The translations under genes and the position numbers were made by a program. The notes beneath the pieces are model-generated. The model was not told where the DNA came from and made no database searches. It was given only the letters and a program-made list of their open reading frames with translations. A DNA stretch of 63,016 nt, filler included, from Lenisia limosa (taxonomy: Eukaryota; Protista; Breviatea): assembly GCA_001655205.1 (NCBI GenBank). It is 17 parts of 17 records of this genome, joined end to end, with 100 filler letters (N's around TTAATTAATTAA, not from the genome) between each part and the next. Parts side by side here need not be neighbours in the genome. Positions count along the whole stretch, not along the records: positions 36,943 to 46,406 come from LPNZ01008943.1; positions 46,507 to 50,776 come from LPNZ01003055.1; 15 more parts are not named here. One strand, written 5' to 3'. Below, piece by piece: positions 37,130 to 48,787 of this stretch; position 1 is the stretch's first letter, and each line of letters opens with the position of its first letter.

Positions 37130-40100
37130 GGGGCTTACTCTTTCATGTCCTCCGGGGATATCTCCTCAGTTTGGGGCGGAGGCAGGCTGAAAGCAAATCT
37201 GGGGGGAGGTGAGTTGAAATGGGGATCCAATTTCCAAGATTAAAAAAAAACAAAGTTGTACCTATCATATGAAAGTTAACAATCACTTGCCTTTCCCACC
37301 ATTTGAAAGTTAACCCGCATATGAAAGTTAACACAATCATGAAATTTACAAAATTCCCAAACAAAAGCTAATAATCTTGCTATCCACCCCTATCGCCAAC
37401 ACAAGACCCCCAGCCCACCCCGGGAAAGGACTATCACCAAGAGCCGAGTTCATGGGTGAGTAGTCCTGGGGGTCCACGCACAACGCCATCATTCCCGGGC
37501 TGGCGCGATGGTTGGTCTTTTGCTGCATAGGGCTGTTGAGTGGACTGAAAGTGTTCTGCGGAAGTGTTATTATAAAGAGTAACCGGGATACCGGGAGAAG
37601 TCTTGACCAATTATCCTTGATATAGCAAATCGGTCAAGACTTCTCCCGGTTAAGCCTTATCGAAAGTTATCTATGATTGTCTTTTGTTGTAACTGAAGTG
37701 AAGGCCTACTGGTCACACTTCTGAAAATGACCAAAAGAGTGACACGATTGAAAGAGCTTCCAAAGCCTACCATGTGCTGCGACTGCGGGGGGAGATGTCC
37801 GGATAGAGGTCCTGAAGGGGGGCGTGCGGGGGGTTGCTGCTGCTGTGGAAAATCAAAACTGCTTTTAGCGCTGAAATTGCTGCAATGACTAAAAATATAT
37901 CCAGATTTTACATTATTATTTATCATAACGCTACTACAGTGTAGAATAGCCCATTAATGTCTGCATTTTCCAATTTATTAAACATCTCATTTTTGGATAT
38001 GTTTTTACAATTATTAATCTCCACACATTTTAGACATTGACTGTGCTAAGTTCTGACACGGGTCAAGACTTATCGCGACCAGTGTATACAAAGGTGTGAT
38101 ATGAAATTCAATAAACTGAAAATCATATTCAAAGGGGTGATGTATGTTCAATATTAGAAAATCGCAGACATGACATAACGGACTAAAAGTTGTTTTAGTA
38201 GCATGAAAGTAGCAACAAGGTTCTGTGAGACAGCAAATCTGAATATTTTGCAATTTATTGTATCAATATGCCACCTTTGGACGGTAGTGCTTTGGCGGTC
38301 CTGCAGAGAGGAGCTGGTTGAGTGACGGAGGAGGGTGGCGCTCCATCATTCCATATGCTCGTCTAGGGTAGAGTGAAAATGAGACATTTAAGTAACAAAA
38401 CAGCCCAATTCTGTTGGCTAACAATAAGGGGAGAGTTAATGAATGAGGGCATGTACTCCATAACCCATCGTTTTTGGGATATCACCTGTCCTACCTGACT
38501 TCCCACGACAGCTGCTGGACAATATTGTCGTAGTACTTAATGTCCTCTTGCAACTCGATAATTTCCTGCTGCATCTCACTCGTGGTCTTCTGGAGGCTTA
38601 AACGGGTCGAGTGCTCGCGTTGGAGGGCCATGTTCATAGCAAGTACCTCCTGGTCTCTGAAATCGTTAATAATGAGAAGTATGAAATTATTAATGATGAT
38701 GAAAAGTGTGAAATTATTAATAGCTCCTTCTTGGTTTCTGAAATAGTTGATAATGTTAGGACTTTATGGAATTAATTAGAGAGGTCATGATATGTTCAAT
38801 AACAGGGAAATTAATTTAGTTAATGTGACTTGTATATTTTTCTTATATGACATTCAGTTTCAAACAATGGTCAAATTATGGCAACTTAATTGCTTGCAAT
38901 GTGACTTTTATTTCGGAAAATTGATCTCAAAAAAGGTTAACCCCTTTTCAGTAACGTCAGTAATTTGTCAATTTGTCTCAAAGGGGGATAATATAAGTTA
39001 TAATGTTTTAAATAAAACCCCAAGCACCTGTTCATCTTGTCAAAGGAGTAGAGGCTGTCATCACCGTTGCTACTTCCCATACTGTTACTGAGAATGGGAC
39101 TGTTGACGCCTTGTAGCGGCATGCCTGTTTTGTCAGGTATTTTCAGGGTAAAAGCATAATTGTTTTTGTTTTGTATGGCAATTTGATTGATGACTGTTTT
39201 GTAAGAGATTATCAAGAGACATGATGGTCCCTATGGGCTCAACTTTCATCACTCTATAGTACAACTTAACTCACAAAGCTATGATTCCCCCAAGAGTATA
39301 CTACGGCGCTTTGACTTGGTTTCTTGTGAAAACGTTGGGATTTCCATATTTCACATGGGAATTCCATGTCATTTTATAGAAATTTGAAGAAATTTATGGG
39401 ATTCCCAAAGAATACAAGGGAATTCCAAGTCCATGCGCCGTAGAGTACAATTCAAGTCACAGAGTTATGATTCCCTCAAGAGTACAATTCAATTCACAGA
39501 GTTATGATTCCCATTACTCTATAACTCCATCATGATTCTAGTCACACAGGTATTATTACCTCCGTAGTACAAGTCAAGTCACAAAGATATTATTCCCTTC
39601 ACTTCTCTATCCCATCATTACTATTATCCCTGTCACAACATTCTATAAAGCTAACTGTGAAAGTAGTTCTTTGCCAGAAAATGAAATCCAAACATCTTCA
39701 CTTCACTTCCCGTAACAGGTGTATGCTAGGTAGGACTAGTACTAACACACTATTGTAGCACTAGGATTCATCCAGATTTGAATTCCCATCCCCTACTGCT
39801 CATACTGTAAAATGATTAGCAGTCTTACAATACTATTACCACCCAGTTCTAACCTGGGCTTGTTCTTTGCCAGATACTGGGTCCCTGAAGAAGGGGGCTT
39901 TGCTGGGGGGACTGCGGCGGCTGAAGTATCAGATATAGGGCTCCGTGAAATTAATTGACAAATTAGTTTCAAAATTTGACGTGGGACATAATGTAACAAG
40001 AGCCCCATTTTAAATTAATTTCACAGAGCCTTAATTAGTTGTTGATTAGTTGTATAAGGGAGGTTTGACTTGAGTTTCCAATAGGCTTATACCGGAAGTG

Positions 40101-42204
40101 GACTTCTAAATTGAATTATGCCCTCAATTCTAAATGAACTCTGGGTGAGTTTGAAAATGGGAACTTTGATACTCTCAACTTTCAGACGTTTTGACTTGGG
40201 TTTACACCACCACCATTTTCTTTCACCCCATTCCTATTTGCCATCTAGTCCCCCTATCATTTTTCCAGTCATCCCCCACCCACCAAGGGACCATTATGTA
40301 TCATGGGTCGGAAGGGCTTCGGAGAGACAAATGCCGGGCCGGGACTATCAGACTCGGACAGTGCAGGGAACTGGGGGGTTAATATTGGTTGTTGCAACTC
40401 TCTCTCTTTTGTTGTTTTCTACCGCAATCCCACCAACCTGTTGTTGGTTGCCACAATCCTCGATCTGCTCAACTTCGTTATCGGCGTTATCGTCGTTGAT
40501 CCGGCTGTCTCGAATGTCTCGGAAGAGCATCAGCATATGACGGCACTAAGATGTTAGAACTGGTTGGAAAGACAATGTACTCATGATGGTGATGATGATG
40601 ATGATGGTAATGTTGATGATGATGATGGTGATGATGATAATGATGGTGATGATGATCATTGTGAATGATGATGTTGATGGCGATGTTATTGTTATATCTC
40701 AGTAATGTACACAGGTACTAATTTTAATATTCATATTTTCACTTAGAACGGTCATATTAAGAGGCAGTAGCCAACCTTTGTAATCTGCTTCTCGGCGAAG
40801 GTCTCCCTGGATAAGGCCTGTTCCAACAGTTTTACGATATTAGCAACAGTCGGGACGTTAGCAGGGGTGGCTTCGGCAGTCACGCCGTTGAGAGCAAGTT
40901 GGTGTAGGTGGTAGCAACGGTCAACAACCTGCAAGAGATAAACCGGGTTGTCAAGAATGCTGGTGGAGTGACCGCGATAAGTCCTGACACGATTGACTCA
41001 GATAAAGATCATATATCAGTGTCATGACTTATCGCAGTCAGTGTAGTTGACGAAAGTGGTAGCATTTAGCAATTACCAAGATATTCCCTCTTCTAGATAA
41101 AGGAGAGGTTACTACCAATTTGTGGTTTGTTGACAAAATACACAAATCATGAGTTTTCAATGAGGCATAAGTCGTAATAAGCAAGAAATTTGAAACAGAG
41201 AAGTCAAAAAATGTAATTTTTTTCATTCTAAGAAGAACATTTTTCACATACATATGATATCGTGAGATAGAGTTGGTGAAGGTGGAATTCGAATCATCCT
41301 TCAAGAATGGTATTGAGGGCCACCACCAAAAATAGAAAACTCTTGAACATGACCACCATCAAACCTTCATTAGCGTTGTGAAGAGCATGTTTTTGATGTG
41401 AAGAGGGAGTTTCGAAGGGAAGTCCCTGATGATTTGATAAAGCTCCTGAAAACTCTTGTCAGAGTCGAAGCAGTCTTGTTCAACCTAAATCACGTGAAAT
41501 TACACGTGGTCTTCCAGAAAGATTAGTTCCATCATAAGCTGTCATTCCCACTTTTGACAACAGCTGTGGTGTAATTTGTTGGCATCGATGAGTGCGACGA
41601 TGACTTTCATACTCGGCATTTGCCATATCGTCTCCTGAACTTGCCCAAACGACAATGTAGCGTTTACCGATGTGCATGTTGGAAAACCGCAACGCTTTGC
41701 GCGCATCTTCCTCATTACAGAATTCCTAAATTAATAAGGCAAGAAGGGTAGAAGAAAGCGCAAAGGAAGAGCAAATTTTAAGAAGGAAAATTTAGTGAAT
41801 AGGATTTAAAGCACTTAACCAACCACAAAAGCGTCTCCTGATGAATTATTAACCAAATGAATACCGCGCTTTTCGATCTTCAGCCCTAAAAATATAAGAG
41901 TGATTTTGTGAAGGAAGAGTATGAAATAAAACCCTTCAAACCTCTGAAAAAGTTCACAATATCAGATTCACTAACGTCAAAGGGGAGACCACGCAGTTGA
42001 ACAACGTTATTTGTTCGTCTAGTTATTCACCAAATAAAAAACCTTTTTAGTGAATCATAACCTCCGCTTAAAGGGGCTACTAAGCCGCCAATAGAGTTAC
42101 TAAATTGTGGAGTAAAGCATGGACTGGCTGGATTGAGAGTTAGCGACGAAAGATGACGACTTTGTTCAACTCCAATCTTGTTAGGGAAATAAGAAACATA
42201 CCAT
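37130..42204 (-). CDS. hnRNP F/H/ESRP-type quasi-RRM protein with long Pro/Ser-rich and coiled-coil C-terminus
   Basis: NVVQLRGLPFDVSESDIVNFFR / GLKIEKRGIHLVNNSSGDAFV / EFCNEEDARKALRFSNMHIGKRYIVVWASS is a classic qRRM. Downstream minus-strand exons on the same contig include the coiled coil QKTTSEMQQEIIELQEDIKYYDNIVQQL. Whether all exons form one gene is inferred. Confidence 0.8.
39301..39443. mobile_element. MITE family V
   Basis: ctacggcgc..gacttgg...ccaagtc..gcgccgtag; a second copy in reverse at about 56095-56238 shares the internal aaatttgaagaaatttatg segment. Confidence 0.7.
39440..39610. repeat. Degenerate ~30-bp tandem repeat (tacaattcaagtcacagagttatgattccc)
   Basis: About 5 imperfect units; similar units also at about 39255-39300, on the other side of MITE V. 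Confidence 0.65.
39938..40030. mobile_element. MITE family W
   Basis: ta-gggctccgtgaaattaatt...aattaatttcacagagcc; related inverted pairs at 28262-28320 and 16733-16852. Confidence 0.65.
40968..41044. mobile_element. MITE family T2 (CACTG-type TIR)
   Basis: tgaccgcgataagtcctgacacg...gtgtcatgacttatcgcagtcagtgta; relatives at 8335-8407, 38040-38090, 43722-43760 and 45490-45565. Confidence 0.8.
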
Positions 42205-42438
42205 TATAACAATCAAGTTAAAATTAGAGTATTAGTCACAGCTCAGTAGCGCAGTCTTCTTCGATAAAAGAGGATTGAATTTGGTGAACTAAATAGAAGA
42301 TCTGAGGATCGAGCCACCTTTTCACGAAAAATCAAAAGCTGTGATGAAAGCCCTTAATTCCCGCCTCCTGTTCTCCTGTTTTAATTCATTTGTTTATAGT
42401 GCTCAATACAACCCTTTTGACTGCATAAGGAGCCATAG

Positions 42439-45400
42439 ATGGGAGGGGATTTTGTTTCACAAACCTCAATCCACCCTCGCCCCCCTGACAACGCCCAAAG
42501 GTGAAATATTCACAAATAAAGACCAATATCTAACCGCCTAGCAGACAGGTGGTCTTCCGCACAGGCTTCCGTAACACTGTTCTGGACGTTTTTCGCTTCC
42601 GGCAATGGAAGGACACTGAGGTGGAGAACGGATGGGACATCAACTGGACTGATGTTGGCTATATGAGAGAGCATTTTGATCACATTCGCTTCGCCAACCA
42701 CCAGAGGATCAATCACTTCAAAAATCACTACGAGGTCGGTTATAACGCCTGTCTGTGTAATTCTAAGATGTTATTATAATTCGCTAAGGACCGATTTTAA
42801 TCCTCCCCCCCCCACCCCCCATTGCTTTTTAGTTATTTTATTGGTTTTTGTTTCATAAGATTTCCATTTTTACTCCCCCTTCTCTTCCCAACCTGAAATA
42901 TCAAGGCTCCTTACAATGAATTTGAAAATTAATTATAAAATTTGAAGTGAGACTTATTGTCTTGGGAACTCTATTTCAGAGATTCCATTTTAAATTGTGT
43001 CAATTAATTTCCTCAAAAAATCAATTCCACAGAGTCCCATATCAATAAAAACTGTCTAGATATTAAAATCCGTATCAAAACCCTTAGAAAATATTATAGT
43101 GCTCAAAATAGGTAGTATCTGGTCCATACCATCCCACCATCACGCTTATAAGAGATATTGGAGTGTAGTATAATATTAATTCACCCAATCATTTGCCTTT
43201 CTGGAGAGACCCATCATAACCTTACCTTCCACCCAACAAAGAATGATCTATCATAACCATTATGCCCATTAAAATATCACGTTCTAGCTAACACTAAAAG
43301 ATCTTTCATACATAATCCCTATCCCTATTATAATCTTACATTCCAGCTAACAAGGAAAGATCTATTGATCAAAAACGTCAAGCGTGTTAGACGGTTGGCT
43401 GGGTGTTTGGGAGGGGGGTATAACTAGGGCTTCACTTCGGTTCGAAAAAAGACGGAATTTCTCTATAGATCCTTGAACATTATCGATATTTTACCGGTAT
43501 TTTTCGAACTGAAGTGAAGCCATGGTTATAACGGGTTAGGAGGGGGGGGGGGNNNNNNNNNNNNNNNNNNNNNNNNNNNNNNNNNNNNNNNNNNNNNNNN
43601 NNNNNNNNNNNNNNNNNNNNNNNNNNNNNNNNNNNNNNNNNNNNNNNNNNNNNNNNNNNNNGCTATGGGTTGAGTGTTTAGGGAAAGGGCTGCACGTGTT
43701 GATTCATGTGGTGTCTATATACTGACCGCGATAATTCCTAGTCGTGTCGGGACTTAGGGTAGTTAGTACCTCTTTCACGGTAAAAAAAACCATTTTCACG
43801 AAACAGAGCGCTTGAAAGGGAAAGAAGAGTTGTTGAAGCGGAAGCCATGAATTTCGTTCCGGCCACTTTTAATTTGCCTTCTGGTAAGATGAGGGTACCT
43901 TTAAGTGGCGTGGTGGTGGTGGTGGTGTTTTTCAATTTGGGGGGGGGGGGNNNNNNNNNNATAGCGATAGTTTTTTAAGATTTATCGAGAAATCCAGTCC
44001 TTTTTCGAACCGAAGTGAATCCCTATTTGTATTGGTTCACATTTCTACTCAAATATTCAGCCAAAAGTACAGCTTTTTATTATTATTTTTTTCTCAAAAT
44101 TCCATTTTAACTTCCATTTTACCCCCCCCCCCCCCANNNNNNNNNNNNNNNNNNNNNNNNNNNNNNNNNNNNNNNNNNNNNNNNNNNNNNNNNNNNNNNN
44201 NNNNNNNNNNNNNNNNNNNNNNNNNNNNNNNNNNNNNNNNNNNNNNNNNNNNNNNNNNNNNNNNNNNNNNNNNNNNNNNNNNNNNNNNNNNNNNNNNNNN
44301 NNNNNNNNTTCGGCAATAGTTTTCCAAAGCATAATGTTTTGAATAGCTTCGACTCAGTAGTCTTTTTTATTTCACATTTCTGCGTAACTAAGACTTCACT
44401 AAGGTCCGAAAAAGACGGTTTAAATATCGATATTTATCGAATGTACATATATCGAGAGATTCAGTCTTTTTTTGGTACCGTCGGGAACCCGGGCTTCAAC
44501 TCTATTTTGTAACTATCATATCATATCATATGGAAATATATAGCAATGAGAAATATAAAAACAGGGTAGTATCTGACTGAAGCCGTCCACACCATCACGA
44601 TTATAAGAGATATTGGATTATAGTATAATATTAATTCACCCAATCATTTGCCTTACAACTCATTCACACCAGCTTTCTGCGTGCCTCCTCAGCGTACATA
44701 TGGATAATAATACTGGGGATATATTTGATTTGAGATTCTGATGAAAAAGTTGCGGTTCAATGTAGTAATTATGCGGGTCACCCCATGAATTCATAAACTA
44801 TAATCCAATATCTCTTATAAGCGTGATGGTGTGGGCCAGATACATCTTTATTTTTTATTTCTCATTGCTATATATATAATTATTTGATAGTATAGTATGG
44901 AAATCTGAAGAAAATTATTAAATGGCACGGTAATCCCTAGTCGATGCACAGTAGTGACAATACCAAGTAAATACGCTGTAGTGTATACTACATGAAAATC
45001 CCAATTCAATGCGTTACTGTGTCATATACCCCTGCATTGACATTCCAGGTTGGAAGAGCGCAAGGCAAAGGTATTTTTCTTTTCACCAAGCTGTCCCAAA
45101 TTGCAGAATGGAAGAAGGTACGGACCTCTGGGTGGTCTTTTATCCTGGAAAGTGGACCTCTTTTTGAGTCAATAGCGGTGTAGTGCAGGCCACTATTTTT
45201 TCCCAAGCCATCATATTAGAATGAATTAGTGCGGAATTCATCATTGTTAATTTTTCAAAATTTCAGTATCTAGAATGGCGCTCTTGAAATACATACATAT
45301 GTTACTCAACAACGTTCTTGATATTTTGATTTGTTCTTTGAACTACTCTAATATATTGTATTAATGTGCTATCCTAAAAATGTATATGTATTGATGTTAT

Positions 45401-45984
45401 ATAATATATCATATCAAAAAATATATATATATATATGTACATGTATATGTATAATAAACGTATCGGTAATATATGTATACATACACCCATAGGCCGCGTT
45501 AAGTTCTGACGCTGATATTGAGCTTTGTCTTTTGTCAATCGTGTCAGGACTTATCGCGGTCATGTATTATAATACCCAAATATTTGTGACATTGCAGGAT
45601 ACACGCTGGCGCTCCGATGCTGCTCATGTCGAGGCTTATGTTGTTCAACGCTATATTGAAAACCCCTATTTAATTGGAGGTATGAGGCCTTATTGGGAAT
45701 CCCTAATTGGTTGTATGGTGTTATGTGTCAGGAAAACCCCTATTTACTTGGCTTATCTAAAAAGGGGATGAACAAAAAAAGGTTTATTTTGGCAACTACT
45801 GACGTTTTTTTAAAGAGCCACCCCATTTTTGGACAAGCCATTTAATTGGTGTATGGTGATACGATTACCTGAACATACCAAAAAACACCAAACAGATAGT
45901 GACAAACAAGAGAACTTACGTGGTTTAGGCAAGAAGTTCGATTTGAGGATCTATGTTATGGTTTCGTCTTACTCCCCCCTAAAA
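42439..45984 (+). CDS. TTLL9: Tubulin polyglutamylase TTLL9-like, 5' part
   Basis: FRTGFRNTVLDVFRFRQWKDTEVENGWDINWTDVGYMREHFDH...RINHFKNHYE / LTRKDLLIKNVKR; MNFVPATFNLP; GRAQGKGIFLF; AYVVQRYIENPYLIG / GKKFDLRIYVMVSSYSPLK. Confidence 0.92.
44541..44870. mobile_element. Long-TIR foldback element, family S (~330 bp)
   Basis: tagcaatgagaaat...ccacaccatcacg.ttataagagatattggattatag is inverted at 44790-44870 (ccaatatctcttataagcgtgatggtgtgg...atttctcattgcta), within TA runs. Solo pieces near 350, 5895, 9130, 10945, 13495, 15670, 17845, 22520, 43105 and 54375-54490. Confidence 0.8.
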
Positions 45985-46559
45985 GTTGGTGTTGGGTTTA
46001 AGGCCTGGGCTTTGTTTGTTGGAGTGATGGGATGCGGTGCTGCNNNNNNNNNNNNNNNNNNNNNNNNNNNNNNNNNNNNNNNNNNNNNNNNNNNNNNNNN
46101 NNNNNNNNNNNNNNNNNNNNNNNNNNNNNNNNNNNNNNNNNNNNNNNNNNNNNNNNNNNNNNNNNNNNNNNNNNNNNNNNNNNNNNNNNNNNNNNNNNNN
46201 NNNNNNNNNNNNNNNNNNNNNNNNNNNNNNNNNNNNNNNNNNNNNNNNNNNNNNNNNNNNNNGGGAAAATATCGATAGTTTTCGAGGATTTATAGAGAAA
46301 TTCTGTCTTTTTTCGAACCGAAGTGAAGTCCTAGCTGTTAGATTGTGTGTTTTAGCGATATAGTGATAAGAAATAAAACAAGGTATTATCCGGCCAGTAT
46401 GTCATTNNNNNNNNNNNNNNNNNNNNNNNNNNNNNNNNNNNNNNNNNNNNTTAATTAATTAANNNNNNNNNNNNNNNNNNNNNNNNNNNNNNNNNNNNNN
46501 NNNNNNCTTTGGTTGCACCCGCCCCACGTTAAGTTATTCAATAATCCCTGACCTGATTG

Positions 46560-46672
46560 GATGCATGCGGCAGAAGCGACTGTGTGGTTTGTTGTTATCA
46601 ACCCGGGTTGTCAGCCAACAGAGTTTATTTTGGGCTTTTTTGACAATTTTCCAATTTTACCCCCCCCCCCAG
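46560..46672 (+). mobile_element. Element A copy supplying acceptor
   Basis: gcagaagcgactg...gtcagccaacagagtttattttgggc...aattttacccccccccccag then exon. Confidence 0.7.
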
Positions 46673-48787
46673 GAAGGGAATGTTGGTGCGCATATATGGC
46701 GAAGTCCGTGAATACCTGAGACGCCCTTCGGTCACTATTTACCCTGACGCTGGAGTCCAACTCGCGTCTCCCAACGAAATAGCCCTCCATATGGCAACGG
46801 TGGTCAGTGACTTCCATTTGGTCAACGATAAGACCGTTGCAATGCAGAACGTTGGGGGCATGTGTGCTTTAGTGGCTCCATTTGTGTTGCGAATAAAGAA
46901 CTTAAATACTCGATAAATCCTCGATTTATTACCAATCTTTTTCTGGAGAGAGGTGATTCACTAGTTTGAGGTTTCACCTTAGGTACAAAATGTCGTTCCC
47001 GTGATTTTGATGTGAACCTACTGTGACTTTTATTTGAGGAGGATGTGATGTAATATTGATGATACAAATGAGAATAGTGCTGTTAAGGATAAACTAATTA
47101 GTATATTGTATAGTTTTATTTACAAGCATCAACAAATAAAAAAAAAACAATCCCAGCATGCCTGACAACATTCTAATTCTCTTGTCTGAATATTTCCCCT
47201 TTTGAATTTACTTAAACTCCTTTTATTTTTACCATTTTTTTTTTTTTGTATTTTTGTTGTTGTTCTTCACTTTTCAGAGGGCAATTCGACATCACAACAC
47301 CTACGAGGATATCTATGACGAAATGATGGAAGGTTTGGGGGGAGAGGTAATTACGACATAATTAGGACTTCCCTGCGATCCCGAAAATGACTGAACTACT
47401 CGATAAATCATCGATATTCAGTAACCAGGTTGTGTCTTGGCCGATTTGCTATGCTATATACAGTGACCAGGATAAGTCTTGACCAATTTGCTATGCGAGA
47501 TACAGTCAGTGTATTTCGATAGTTTTCCGATCTTTTTCGTACCTGAGTGAGTTCGTAGTCATATTGAATGATGCCATGGTTAGGGTGTGGGTGTGTACAC
47601 CAATAGTATTCTAACATAAAATTCAGAGAGGAAAATCTTGGTGTTTAAGTAGACTTCATGATGCTCAGTGATTTAGATCTTTTCATTGAAGAAGAGGCCA
47701 CGACAGCTTTTGACGCGTATCAGCGGGACATCCACTTGTTATTCGAGTATGTTTCGGGGTTATTTACTATCAATGGCCTCGAGTTGGGCTATCTCGTCTC
47801 CGGTGCCGATTATGAGATTTCATCTTTTTGTTTTGTCTTGGCGATATATGGATTCAACAAAAATACGTTTACCTGGGGGTGGGGGGGGGGCACTGACCAA
47901 TGGATAGTTCTGACCGGTCCAGTAATGAGAAGCAGCGCCTCTACCAGATGACTGAGGTTGAACTACAGGCCGTGCCAGCAATGTACCAACACGGCAATGG
48001 TTACGACAGGTTGGCAGGCGTCGCTTTCCCGCATTTAGCGAGGGTTTATCAAGAATTCAGTCTTTTTGGAACCGAAAGTGAAGGGATGAAATGAGAAATT
48101 CCCCTGTGCGAAATTTGACGATACGGATTATACATAGTATATAAAAAAAACAAGGTTAATGAGTCATGCTGATATTTTAGTAAACCCTCGTCAAGTTGGC
48201 TTCAAACTACAGCCACAACCGCGCCAATCCAACACCAGGCCTTTAATGGGGGAAATGCTGAGCCCTCACATTACCCTACCCCTGCTCTTCACCAACAGTC
48301 CACAAATCCACTTGCCGAAGCCCACAGAACTGACTCCCATACTTCGCATCACCACGTGCCACAAGTGCCCCCTTTACAACACACTAATTCATCATCCTCA
48401 TCCCACCCCATGCCAGCCTTCCATAATACCCATTCAAATCAGCCCATACACCACTCCACCATCCCCCCTCCTTCTCAGATCAAATATCCTGATCCCCCCT
48501 ACAATAGTAGTTTCAAACCCCAACCCAGACTCCATCTCGATAGTCAGTGCTTTCCTACAAATACGTCCCAGAGCCCTTCAATCCCACTCCCCAGACAGCC
48601 ACAACCCTCTTTTACCCAGTTTTCCTGTCAGTATCCCCATCGGCATCAAAATCCCCCTATATCGCAACAGGGAATCCCCACGAACGTTGCGTTTGAACCG
48701 ATGAGGACATTACCAGGTTGGAGAGGGATACTATTCTGCCAGTATTATTTGTTGTTTTGTCCATTTCTTCAACTTAACACCTCTTAA
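46673..48787 (+). CDS. Uncharacterised protein, 3' part with Pro/Gln/His-rich tail
   Basis: GMLVRIYGEVREYLRRPSVTIYPDAG...AMQN / RAIRHHNTYEDIYDEMME / VDFMMLSDLDLFIEEEATTAFDAYQRDIHLLFE; NEKQRLYQMTEVELQAVP; long low-complexity exon from about 48181. Confidence 0.6.
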
